Assembly (NCBI GenBank): GCA_002189035.1
Contig: NEEC01000014.1
Coordinates: forward strand, 868,001-932,000
From: Utricularia gibba
Taxonomy: Eukaryota > Plantae > Magnoliophyta
Length of the DNA stretch: 64,000 nt
Direction: 5' to 3'
Part shown: one piece after another, positions 52,232 through 64,000 of the stretch
Layout of the letters: the number at the start of each line of letters is the position of its first letter
Numbering within the stretch: position 1 is the first letter of the stretch
Notes under the pieces: model-generated
Database searches by the model: none
Seen by the model: only the letters and a program-made list of their open reading frames with translations
Told to the model about the DNA's origin: nothing
Made by a program: the position numbers and the translations under genes

Positions 52232-55200
52232 TTCGGTGAAATCGGAGCAACGCCCCCACGGTCTGCTCTGTGCAGGCACAGTGATGGGAAACACGTTAAC
52301 ACGGGAAGACGATTTATAGAACCTGTATTTTGTATTTATTCCTTAAAAAAAACAAAATAATGTTCAAACTAAATAAATAATCATATTTTACTTATTCCGC
52401 GTAATGACGTCATTTCACCCAAAAAACAATTATCATTTACAAAAATAGACACGCATCTATTATTTATCATACATTAAGTCAAAAAATTTTAATTGAGAAT
52501 ACCAATTTTTTTTTCACACATTTCACCAACTATTGTCAAATTTATAATCTACACCAAAAAAACACCCCTAGTTTGTAAATTTCCCTATGGCATAAACTAG
52601 TCACTAATATCTTGAATACCTGCAATAATCAAACAAGCCCCAAAATCATCCCTTTTACCAAATTTAATCCAATAATAATAAACTTGACAACATTTACCAA
52701 CTTAATATATCAAAAGTAATTTCGAATTCAAATACGAAATCCCAAATTTTTTCGAATATTGGTTTGGGGATGAGGATTGATTTGGTTTGTTATGCTCATC
52801 AAATTGATGTATTCAATTCCAGAGCTTAATCAAATGCCATTATTGAGAGAGTGATTTCATGTGGTTATTCAATGGTATTCATTCCCATGTTCATCTGCAA
52901 TCTGCATTCACCACCACACCATTTGATTAATGCAAATTGGGCCAACCCAAATCCCCAACTACACTCCCAATTGTCAATATGCTCTGTTTAATTTTGCTTC
53001 CAAAGGTATTAATAATAAAATATAACTCAAATTTATAGATATATTTTAAAAATAGTCTTTTTTTCAAACCCAAGTCAATCATAACTGTTTTTAAAGTAGA
53101 TATTAAATATTAAAATATTTAAAAGTATTCGCTTTGATGAGAATAAGATAAAAATTAATTTACCTGAATCAAATAAATTAAAAAAACACTTGTTATCTCG
53201 AATTTATTTAACCTCATAGAATAATATACGTTGTATAAATCCAATCAAACACTACCTTATAGATTTATATCAATATTTTTTTCTTCATATTGTATACATT
53301 TTTAATTGTAAATTTTTTAAATTAAAATATTTAGAAAACGGTGTACGGCTTTTATTATTCTTTCTCATATAAAAAGAATGAACATACATTTGTTTATGAA
53401 TGGATAAGATAATAATATAATAATTGAAAAATATATTTTTTTAATTACCTTATTTTAAAAGACACATAAATTAATATCAAATTAAAATTATTAACATCTT
53501 GTTTCCCACAAGATTAAAAAAATATATAAATTTTGTTCTCGTTTTTTTTTCAATTATTTTGATGGATGGGCATTTATTATTGAAGCACGCGCTTTAAAAA
53601 ACATACCTATTTTCTCAGCCTTTCATGTAACACGCCGCAGCATCCGCGGTTTCTAGTTATTATTAATTCCATTTTTCTAATTATTTATTTATTTATCGCC
53701 CTGTGTTGTCATACGTAAGTCACAACCTTTATTTGGGCAACATGGTCACAATAATTCCCTAATTATTTATTTACATTTAGGGCGAAAGCAATATCCTGAA
53801 TAAAAAATTATTCAATTTCAGAATTCTAAATTAAAAATGTCTTAATCAAAATAACCATTCTATTTTAATTTATTTAAGAAATAATTATTTATTACATATT
53901 GTATATTAAAATTTTCTAATTAGGTTTATATATATATATAAGAATATTATATTTTATCCCAACAAAAGTAACTAAACTCTTCTAATGATTGATTGGATAA
54001 AAAGAATTATTTAAGTATACTAAATATATTATTTAGTATTCTATTAGGTTACGTTTTTTAAAAAATAATGAATTTTTATAAATTTTAATTTTTTAAATAG
54101 AATTCGTTCATATTTGATCATATTTACTTTTTTATTAATGAAAACTAGTCAAAATCTAATTTGACCTATGTGTGCGTGATAAAAAGTTACTGATGGGTTA
54201 TTTTTCCACCAAATCCACCAAACCAGACCTCATTTGCTTGCATTCATTATCAGGAGGGGGTTAAACAGAGTTTTACTGTGCGTAAAAAATATGTGAAGGG
54301 CGTGGACGGAGATTCTGCGGGGGGGATTGATTGATTGGGTTGGATTGGATTCAGTCTGTGGCGGCTGACCCGGTGATTTTCTGCTGGTACTTTGTTTTTT
54401 TACTGTGGATAATTTACCCAGATTCTGTGGCGATCGAGACCCGTGTGTCTTTGTTTCATGTACCCGCATCTCCCCCTTGGGTTAACCTGCTTTCACTTTG
54501 CCAGGCGGGGGATGGGATGGGGACCTGAATTTATGTCACCAACTAATCCATTAAAAAAATGGATTAATTTAAAATAATTTATCTATAGTTTATATTCTTA
54601 AAATAATAATAATAATAGAGGTTTTTTTGTCGTCTTCTTGTGTTCGTTACTGGGGTGGGGCCCGGACGGGAGGAGATTGCGGGCCCGAAAGGAGGGCCCA
54701 TGGGCGACCCGAAAAGCCCAGACCAAAAACCGACAATATTGTAATGTACATTTTTTTAGAATTCTAGAAGAAAGAGCATCGGGCTCGGGCTCGGGTACGG
54801 ACGGGTCGGATGGATGATGATGATTTCTGAAGTAGAAATGCAGCTCACGCCGAGCTGGATCTAATCAATGCTTGTGGCGCTGTCTGAATGAGCTGGATGG
54901 CGATCTGTTGTGGTTTGTCGTTTAGTGGACGCGGACACGTGTCCAGTCTCAACGGCTAGTGGCCACCGGGGTTAAAAGTCTTACCTAGTTATTTAGTAGT
55001 AACCACCCCCATAATCCCAGATTAATCATTTCATTAAAATATTCATATTTCAGAAGATGCACAGAAGCAAGTCAAGTACATATTCTCCCCTGGAAAAGCT
55101 CACTCTTCCCTGTTTCTTCTTCTTCTTCTTCTTCTTTCCCACTCAACTCCACATGGCGACTGTGTATGCCTCTGGGTTGGTTTAAGTATTTGGAATTTGG

Positions 55201-55445
55201 GGAAAAAGGTTGGGTTTTTCCATCTGGGTGGGTGCATTAATCATGTGTTGTTTGATGGGTTGGGGCTTTTCTGCTACTTTCAAAGTAACCAAACTAATCA
55301 TGTGTTGATTTGAGTGAGAGGGTTACTACAGTGTGAGTTCTATAAATACATGGGGCACATGTCTGCTGTCCCAGGGAAGGAAGGAAGCTCGCAGAAGCAA
55401 CGCGTTATGAGCGTAGACTGTCATCACCTTCACCACCATTCTGGG

Positions 55446-56376
55446 ATGCGGGGGCTAAGGCTACCGGGGTTTCTGAGAGCTGCGATTTCCGGCCGGGGGG
55501 GATGATGGTCCAGCGGAGGAGCTCCGACGCAAGCCACCAGAGTAATGCCGTTTGCCTGATCTCATTCATGGTGCGTCTCAGATCATGATTTGGGTTGGGG
55601 ACCCTTTTGCAGGAGATGCAAGGAGGGGGGCGGAGGAGGAGGACATGGGTGTTAAGGAGGAGAGGCGCTGGGGGGCTTATCACCATAACGTCTCCGGCTC
55701 CGACGAGGACCACCTCCGCCGCGAGTCGCGGAAGGCGGCGGAGGAGATCGCCGCCATCGCCGCCGAGATCGACATGCTTGCTCGAAAGGTAATGCTATTT
55801 CGATCTTAAGGCCGTCATTAGGCTCCCTCCATTATTCCTTCATATTTGCTATTTTGGGTCAGTTTCAAACAAACCAACAAAAAAAAAAAAAAGAAATCAC
55901 CAATCACCATACCCTGAAAGCTTTCATGGGGTGCCAGCTGTGCCTCAAATGTCAGGTCGCGTCGGAGGCTGCACCGACGCGCTTTCGACACGTATCGCCA
56001 TCGTCTTCCCCAACTATCTGACACGTCATAAGTTCAATCTATTGATGACAAAGCAAGCTGTTCATAATAATAATATTCCACGCAGGTGGGAGCCATTGAA
56101 ATGCGAGTGAGTTGCGGGGAGAAGGTGGAGGAGAGAGCTGTGATGAATCTGATCGAATTGCTCATGAACCAGCTGATAAAACTGGACGCAGTCGCAGCTC
56201 AGGGAGATGCGAAATCCCAAAGAAGATCGCAGGTACCTACCTACCTAACCAGTCTCCTTATCTGAAGAAGCTAGCAGAAGAAGTAACTGAAAGTTTGGGT
56301 GAAGGTGAAGAGGGTGCAGAAGTACTTGGAAACTCTTGACATGCTCAAAACCAGCACTTCTGCTTCACGGCGATGA
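55446..56376 (+). CDS. BAG: BAG family molecular chaperone regulator (BAG1-3 clade) with truncated or eroded ubiquitin-like domain
   Basis: RPGGMMVQRR at 55490-55519; AAEEIAAIAAEIDMLARK / VGAIEMRV..NLIELLMNQLIKLDAVAAQGDAKSQRRSQ / VKRVQKYLETLDMLK; TGA at 56374-56376. Start codon uncertain (55407, 55446 or 55502). Confidence 0.8.
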
Positions 56377-58564
56377 CGATGAGTTCCGGCTCCGATCCGG
56401 TGGACCGGAGGAGAGCAGGAGGTGCTTGAGAATCTAAATGCACTTCAAGAGCAAGTTAACCAGAGCCTGTGTCATGGGCTATTTGTAGTTTTTCAGTTGT
56501 TGGAATGGACCGACCATTGAGCATATTTCAGAACACCCCCGGCCCATTTTCAAAATTAATAAATGATTTTTAACTAAACGCCCAAATAAAAAAAAAAAAG
56601 AAAACGAACAATGGATGCATTTAAACGTTAGCAGAATCAGTTATATTTTGATAGAATTATTTATGTATTCTATTTTACAAGCATTAATTTTTTAGAATAA
56701 TTTTAATTCTATTAAAAATCATGAAATGATTCTTTTTTCATGAAAATAGATTTTTAATAATTATTTCAAAAATTAAAATTACAGTTATATATATATATAT
56801 ATATATATTATTTATTTAAAAATAATTTTAAAAATTTAGAAGTATTTTTTGTAAGAAGGTATACATGTTTCATAAATAATTCTTAAAAATTATATGAAAA
56901 ATAGCCTAAATCTTAATTTAAAATAGATTTTTTTCTACAATAATGCTACATAAATAGTTTTATTAAATGTAGAAGATATAGAATTCAATTTCCATTTGAT
57001 TAAAAATGATTTTTGAAAAAAAAAAAAAAATAAAGCCTCCATGATGTGGGGTTTCAATCAGTGGGAGGGCCAGACGAATGTCGGGTTTTGTCGAATCATC
57101 ATCGCCATTTGTTCATTTGAAATAAAAAAAGGAAAATGTAATATGTTATTACACATGTTGAAGATCATGGTACAGTGAGTTTTCTGCTAACAGACACGAC
57201 CCAACTGAGTTTATCTAAAACAGTAACCTTGTCAAGTGGGTGTCATAAATGGAACTTCATCATTAATGGAGGGAGATGAGAGATCAAGGTCCAAATGCCA
57301 ACCCCTCATTGCTCCCAATAACAAGGACACTGGTAACCGTCCAAGGTTGGTGTAAGCACTAATCCCATCAATCATTTTGGTGCTTAGGAAACTTGGGGTT
57401 GGTGAAGTGGTGGTCTTTATCCAGGCAACCGGGTGATGATTGTCTTTGGGCTGTAATTTTGTTTTTACGTCTGTGAAAAAAAAGAAGAAGATGACTATCA
57501 TTGAGTAATTGAAATAATGGAGAGGCGGGTTGGGTGGCAGTGGCACATGACTCGAAGGTTTCATGCTTTGGGTGCGGGCCTATCGCTCTGCTTCCACCTT
57601 TCTGTCATCCAGCGTCACACATATCTATTCATCGCCGTCGTCTCTGCGTATGGATACAGACACGGGCGAAGCTTGCCCATCGTGATACATCGTTGAATCT
57701 TGAATTCCCGTATCGAAACTCTCCTCGTGGTTTCATAGATTCTTTGATTCTTGATTCTTGATTCATTGTCCCCGCCCCGCCCCAACAAATCCTTGTTTAC
57801 GATACAAGGTTCGGATACAGCGTTTATTGCATTTTTTGTTTGAAGAGTCGGCATGCAATTCAATACTCTCCCCGCTTTATCCTATTTTTGCATGTGCGTT
57901 TGAATTTTTCAAGGTCGGGGAGCGGCTATTGCCATTTTCCACTCTGAAAGTTATATTCTTCTTCGCTCTAAGTGTTGTTCAATGGTCCACTAATCGTGCT
58001 TCTGATTTCGGGATTGTGATGGCCGGCGGATAACTTGGCCTTTTCTCGTCGGGTTTATGTGGAAAAGTTGTCAACTTTTTTGGAGTAGTTGTGGTGGAGA
58101 GGGATATAAAAATTGCGCCTTTATCGAGATAAGGGTGATCGTGAGGCCTGTAGTTTGGTGGGCTCCTGAAAGCTTTGAATGCATAATTGAGTTTTTAAGC
58201 AAGTGGATATCTCCAGGATTGATATTGTTCATGAAAAGAACTGTTTGCGGAGGCTTCTGAACAGTTCTGGTACATGCAGTGCCAAGAAATTTGAGTGATA
58301 GCGCTGTTGACTTCTATAATATCAGCTTGTTGAAGTATGCGTATGAATTTATTCAACTAGTTGTGATTGTGGTCATAGCGGGTGAAGAAGATGTTTCATA
58401 TTCAGGAAAACCAACATTTTAGGAAAGTTATATGTTGGTTGATGAGTGTATAGAGAAGGATGTTTGTTCTTGGGAGTTCTTATGTTTTAGTTTACAGCTC
58501 TTAATATAGCTGATATGTATACTACTTCCTGACCCTTTCATGAACTTGTCAACAGAAGATAGAG

Positions 58565-61500
58565 ATGGTTGCCTTCGGGAAAAAGCTGAAGGAGAGGCAA
58601 ATTCAACAATGGTGTAGGTATGTAAAACCGACCCAAAATCAGCAACTTCAGCCCTTTTTTATTTTAGAAATACTGCAGGTTCTCCTAGATAGTCGTTGAA
58701 ATTGTATGTTATTAGGATTGTCTTTTGCTTGTGACAGCATTATTTGCAAACTGAGGCAAAGACTGTAGAGATGGCAGTGTTAAACAGTAGTTTTGGTATA
58801 TACACATGATTCTTGCTGTTGCTGTCCTTTCTGAGCACATGTGACTAGAATGGGTTGGCCGTTGAACTTTGTCTGATCTTTGCTGCAATGATCTCAGGTA
58901 CTACATCAACTACAAACTAATGAAGAAGAAAGTGAAGCAGTATGCCAGTCAAATTGAGACGGGAGCACTGGATCATCGACATATTCTCAAAGACTTCTGT
59001 AGGATGCTGGATAATCAGGAAAAGTTCCTACCTTTAACCTTCATATCTGCACTTCTGTAACTACTTGTTTTTGCATGAGATTGCTTCCAGTACATGTTGC
59101 TCTTGCTCAAACTTTTCAGATGGATCATAAATTTTTCTGTTTTGCAGATAGAGAAAATAGTTCTCTTTATGTTGGAACAGCAGGGTCTTATTGCAAACAG
59201 GATAGCTGAGTTGAATCAACACCATCATTCGCTTAGGGACCAGCCTGACTTCGCCAGAGTATCTGAGCTTCGAGAAGCTTACAGAGCAGTGGGACAGGAT
59301 CTCTTACAGCTCCTCCTTTTTGTTGAGATGAATGCAGTTGGTATTCGGAAGATCCTTAAGAAGTTTGACAAGCGGTTGGGGTACAAATTCACAGATTATT
59401 ACGTCAAAACCCGTGCTAATCATCCTTACTCCCAGCTTCAGCAAGTATTCAAGCATGTGGTAAGGCCACGCAGTCTCACTGCTTCCTTTTTGCCTTGCCC
59501 TTTCTACACTTCTTTCATAGCTTCCAATAATGAAAGTGATGGTTCAAGTCACTTGCTTTTTATGCTAACTGCAGGGTTTAGGTGCAGTTGTTGGAGCAAT
59601 ATCTCGCAATATTGCAGATCTTCAGGATCGCCAGGGAAGTTACTTATCAATATATGATGAGCCATCCTTACTTCCTCTCCAGGTATGTACATTCTATTTC
59701 TTGACTTTACTATCATCTTTTTGTCATCAATTCTCACAATGATATCTGTGCAGGATCCAGTAGTAGACTCACTGAAGTCTGCTGTTGACAGATTAACCCA
59801 CTCAACAAACTTCCTTGAGTTTTTGGGCCAACATGCACTGATCATGCCAGAGGAGCTACCATTTCCTGTGGAAGAACCAGTCGATGAGCAGCGATATCAC
59901 TTCATGTCACTTCTTCTGAACTTGGTGAATACTTTCCTCTACATGGTCAATACATACATTATTGTTCCCACAGCTGATGACTACTCCATGAGTCTTGGTG
60001 CACCAGCAACTGTGTGTGGCATTGTGATTGGTGCAATGGCAGTTGCACAAATATTTTCTTCTGTGTACTTCAGCGCTTGGTCCAATAGGTCATATTTCAG
60101 GCCCTTGGTATTTAGTAGCATTGTTCTTTTTGTCGGTAATGCGATGTATGCTATGGCATATGACTGCCATTCTATCAGCATACTTTTGCTTGGCCGAGTC
60201 TTTTGCGGGTATGAAGCCTGTCTCCTCTGAATTCATAATGTGCTTCCATGTTTACATGCCACACTTTTTATTTTCTAAACCCCAACATTCTCTTGCAGTT
60301 TGGGTTCTGCCAGAGCAGTCAACCGGCGTTACATCAGTGACTGTGTGCCACTTAGAGTAAGGATGAAGGCCTCAGCTGGATTCGTCAGTGCTAGTGCTTT
60401 GGGAATGGCTTGTGGCCCTGCATTGGCTGGACTGCTTCAGATTAAGTTTAAGCTCTTCAATATCACCTTTGATCAGGACACTTTGCCTGGCTGGGTAATG
60501 TCAATGGCATGGCTGATCTATTTAGTCTGGTTGTGGATCTGCTTCAGAGAACCTGATCATCCCACAGAAGCCATCCCCCCAGCCCAAGAAGTTAAGGCAG
60601 GTATGCGCATGAAATTCCCTTCTAGTTTATTGTTACAGGATGCTGGTGCATAGCCAGAATGATGGATTTGATTCCATACAGTTTCAAGAAATTCCCTTCT
60701 TCATCATTCTGTATTCCTGTGTTTAACAGTTGAGGGTGATAATCTGGAGAAGGGGCTTGTACAGCCTCTACTTCAGTCAGCAGAAGCTGAAAACTACAAT
60801 GAAGGTGAACAAGATTATGAGGATCAAGAATGTGATGTTAGCGAAGATGCCACTGAAGAATCTCGTCTCCCAGCCAACTCACTGGGATCAGCATACAGAC
60901 TCCTCACCCCATCTGTGAAGGTTCAGTTGCTGATCTACTTCATGCTGAAATATGCAATGGAAATTCTGCTCTCAGAATCGAGTGTTGTGACATCACACTA
61001 CTTCAACTGGACAACCAGCTCCGTATCCATATTCCTTGCTTGCCTCGGCCTGACGGTTCTTCCAGTAAACATCCTCGTTGGACATTATCTGAGCAACATG
61101 TATGAAGACAGGTACATTTTCATCCCAAGACGCTTACTTTCTGATCACCCCTTTGAGAATCCTGCTCATCAGTTTCACCATCCACAGGCAAATGCTGATA
61201 GCATCAGAGATAGTTGTTCTCCTTGGCATACTCTTCAGCTTCAATTTTTTCATCAAATACTCTGTGCTGCAGTATGTCTGCTCCGGGCTCATCATGTTCG
61301 TCGCTGCTGAAGTTCTGGAAGGCATGCTCCATATTTCCCGTTACTCAATTGATACTCAGATTCATGACATGCTTCCCTTCCTTTTCTTCCCACAGGCGTG
61401 AACTTGTCATTGCTGTCCAGAGTGATGTCTTCCAGGCTCTCTCGTGGAACCTTCAACGGCGGCCTTCTGTCGACGGAAGCCGGAACGCTTGCGCGAGTGA

Positions 61501-61634
61501 TCGCCGATGCGATGATCACGTTGGCAGGGTACTTGGGTGAGAGCATGCTTTTGAACATCACCCTGCTTCCCTCTCTCGTGATCTGCATTGCCTCCATTGT
61601 TGCCACTTTTTGCACCTACAATACTCTGTACTGA
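58565..61634 (+). CDS. PHT5: SPX-MFS vacuolar phosphate transporter (PHT5/VPT1-like)
   Basis: [40 protein letters not shown] (SPX domain); MFS part [96 protein letters not shown]. Confidence 0.95.
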
Positions 61635-62790
61635 GGTCTGATGAGGAAGATGACTGCATATAGAAGGAATGAATGATCCTCTTCCTCAGCCTCGGTGATC
61701 TACTCACACTTTATATTTATTACTTTTATTATAAAAAATTAATAAAATGAATAAAATTAGTTTTAAACAAGTGTTTATTAATAATAACTTAATGATTCAG
61801 GTACGAGGTTATTATCAATTCATTGTCTTGGAGAACAGTTACAAACATTGTCTTTCTTGAATCAAACGGATGTGAGTTGGTATTTTCCATTTTATTCTTC
61901 TTCGAAATTCACAGAAATTAGTCAGTTATTCATTAATCTTCATATTATAAATATTAGAAAAAAAATCTGCATTATTTATTTAATTTAACAAATAATTATG
62001 TTCACATGTGAATCACGTTTGGGAAATGTTGTTTTTGGGTTGGGTTATGAGAGAAATGGGCTTTGTAGAGGAAGAAAATATGGGCCCGGCCCGGTAAAGT
62101 TGGGCTCAATTGGACAAAGAGGTGCGGTTATGGCCTATTCGACCATTGATGCTTTGAAGACGGCGAGTCCCTTCTTTTCTACGTATCCTCTGAGTTCAGT
62201 CACCTTCTTCCAGTGCCGTCGTTGACGGTACAGCAGGAGTTCAAGTCCTCATTGGCATCTTCGTCGTGTCGGACGCCGAGTGCGTGTCCTTTGTACGTTC
62301 TCTTCTCCTTCTTAAACAGATGATGACTTTTGAACTCGTTCCTCTGTAGATAATAAAGAGTTAAAAATGTAGTTTTTTTATAGTGCCTGTGAAAGTTTAG
62401 TCGTTTAAAGGAGTATTATCGAGAAACAAATGCGTAGTGGCTTGAAACGAAGCATTCAGGGATATAACTTGCTAAGCTTTATCAGAAGAGAGCGGTTAAT
62501 CGGATGACTTTTTGCGTAGCGTTTGATGAATTACAGTTCCCCTATAAGTACTAGATTCAGTTAATGTTTTTTTTTTTCTTTTGAGAAGTGGTTGAGCCTG
62601 ACGAGTTGGGGGGGGGGGGGGGACTGTTTCTATGTACATGTTCTTTGGGGAAATATTTTAGATATGTAAATAGTTGATTTGGCACTGGTTTGTATCAGAG
62701 ATTAGACTGGCTTCGAACCGTGCCAGTATTTGCACTAATCTTTTTGGTGGACGACAAACTCCCTGCTCTTGAAGCCCTTTGGTTGGAAAA

Positions 62791-63748
62791 ATGATGAGTA
62801 GGCCTCAAGCGGCTTTGCGGTTCACGAAGGAGCCATATATTGAAGATGCTGGCCCTCGAAGGATGTAAGTCCGTTTAGTACTTTCCTCTGGTTAATTTCG
62901 AAGCCAGAAATGTTATGCTTTTTTATTTACCACGGAGAAGTGTAGGATGGTCCACATAGAGTTTTTTTTTTAGGATGATACATATGATGAGGCATATGAT
63001 ACAATGCTAAAGGAGAAACACATTAAGTTGGGAACCAAGAACCTTCGACATAGTTTTTTAAACTGGAGCTTGTGGTTCTTGTCGATTCCTGTAATTGGTC
63101 TCTAATATGAATCACATGCTTGTGTTTCTCATCTTTGTATTCGAGAATTCTTGGAATGGAAAGAAGAAGAGCATGTGATGCCTTTGATAAAACCGTCAAC
63201 TTGATATATTTTTTAGCAAACTCTTGAACTTCAGGGGGAAGTTTTGAATAGAATAAGGTGTGCAAAATTTCCAAAATGCTAGGCTGAAGGGAGTGGGTGG
63301 ATTTAAATGTCTTTTACAATGTGATGTGCATTTTGCATATCTCGGATTCATTTATACTCATTTTCGTCTCATCATATTTAGAGGAAAATATTATTAGCAT
63401 GAATAAGTAACGAGGACTGCCTACATAAAAGTTTTAGTTTCTTGCAGTATGTTCGGTCAAGAGAAGAAATTTTAATAATAGGAATGATTAGTTGTGATGC
63501 AAGCTACTGGACACCAGCTTTTGGAACTGTGATATTTACTACTATAGAAATAAAGTTGAATATCATCACTTTCTCTGGATTTTTGATACCTTAAACCCTG
63601 TATTTATCATTATTCCAGAGAAAGTATTCAGTTTTCTACGCTCTCTGGAGCTGAAGTGCTAAAATCTGCTGAAGTCCAAGTTTACAGGGGATCCTATTAT
63701 GACCCCCAAAGGAAACCTGTCAGCAATGGCTTGCTGGACTCACATATG
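62791..63748 (+). CDS. NRPC1: DNA-directed RNA polymerase III largest subunit, first two coding exons (continues beyond window)
   Basis: Exon 62791-62864 MMSRPQAALRFTKEPYIEDAGPRRI; exon 63619-63748 ESIQFSTLSGAEVLKSAEVQVYRGSYYDPQRKPVSNGLLDSHM; matches the RPC1 N-terminus (FTKEPYIED..GLLD..M). Confidence 0.88.
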
Positions 63749-64000
63749 GTAATGGTTATGGTTTCTCAATTAATCATTTCTGTGTAAGCATTGGATGAAC
63801 CCTTGGAAGGTAGTTCTTGCTGCATGTGTGTGTTTGCTGTGGATGTCTCGGATTTTGCAATATGAATGTTGTGGCACCTTGTTTTGATACTTTCATATAG
63901 TTTGCTTTGTTGCGTTCGAAGTATTCAGTGTCTATCAGACAATTAGCATCTCCTAATGAGCTACAAATTTGCTGCTATCTCGCTGATTCCCTCTAGACTA

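Noticed and set aside
52400-54200. AT-rich stretch with a possible MITE (imperfect inverted ends near 53126 and 53256)
   Set aside because: The inverted match is weak, no clear target-site duplication, and no second copy in the window.
57232-57564. 110-aa minus-strand ORF upstream of PHT5
   Set aside because: No motif or signal features and it includes a poly-T-derived stretch; likely a chance ORF.

Overview
Gene-dense flowering-plant nuclear DNA with short spliceosomal introns. No prokaryotic, CRISPR, rRNA/tRNA or intact transposon features were seen. Gene order: SEC10 (-, 3' end outside window), IRX10-like GT47 (+), CYP734A-like P450 (+), acyl-protein thioesterase pseudogene (+), VQ protein (+), MIR396 hairpin (+), SRP54 pseudogene (-), DCN1-like (+), VHA-c'' (-), NAA15 (-), thionin-like (+), OVATE-like (-), RPL37 (+), RH48-like DEAD-box gene (+), a CLE peptide gene hidden by a frameshift (+), phytyl-ester-synthase-like (-), IQD (-), BAG with an eroded Ubl domain (+), SPX-MFS/PHT5 (+), and the 5' exons of NRPC1 (+). 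Main observations: (1) a CLE precursor split across two frames; (2) an intact RH48-like gene with substitutions in four conserved helicase motifs; (3) five or six genes each one G/C short in a homopolymer, most likely long-read consensus error; (4) an apparent GA-AG and a GC-AG intron in the PHT5 gene; (5) decaying gene copies suggesting duplicate fractionation. All family assignments come from manual translation and recalled motifs; no database search was run. I see no clear evidence of a wholly new multi-gene system.
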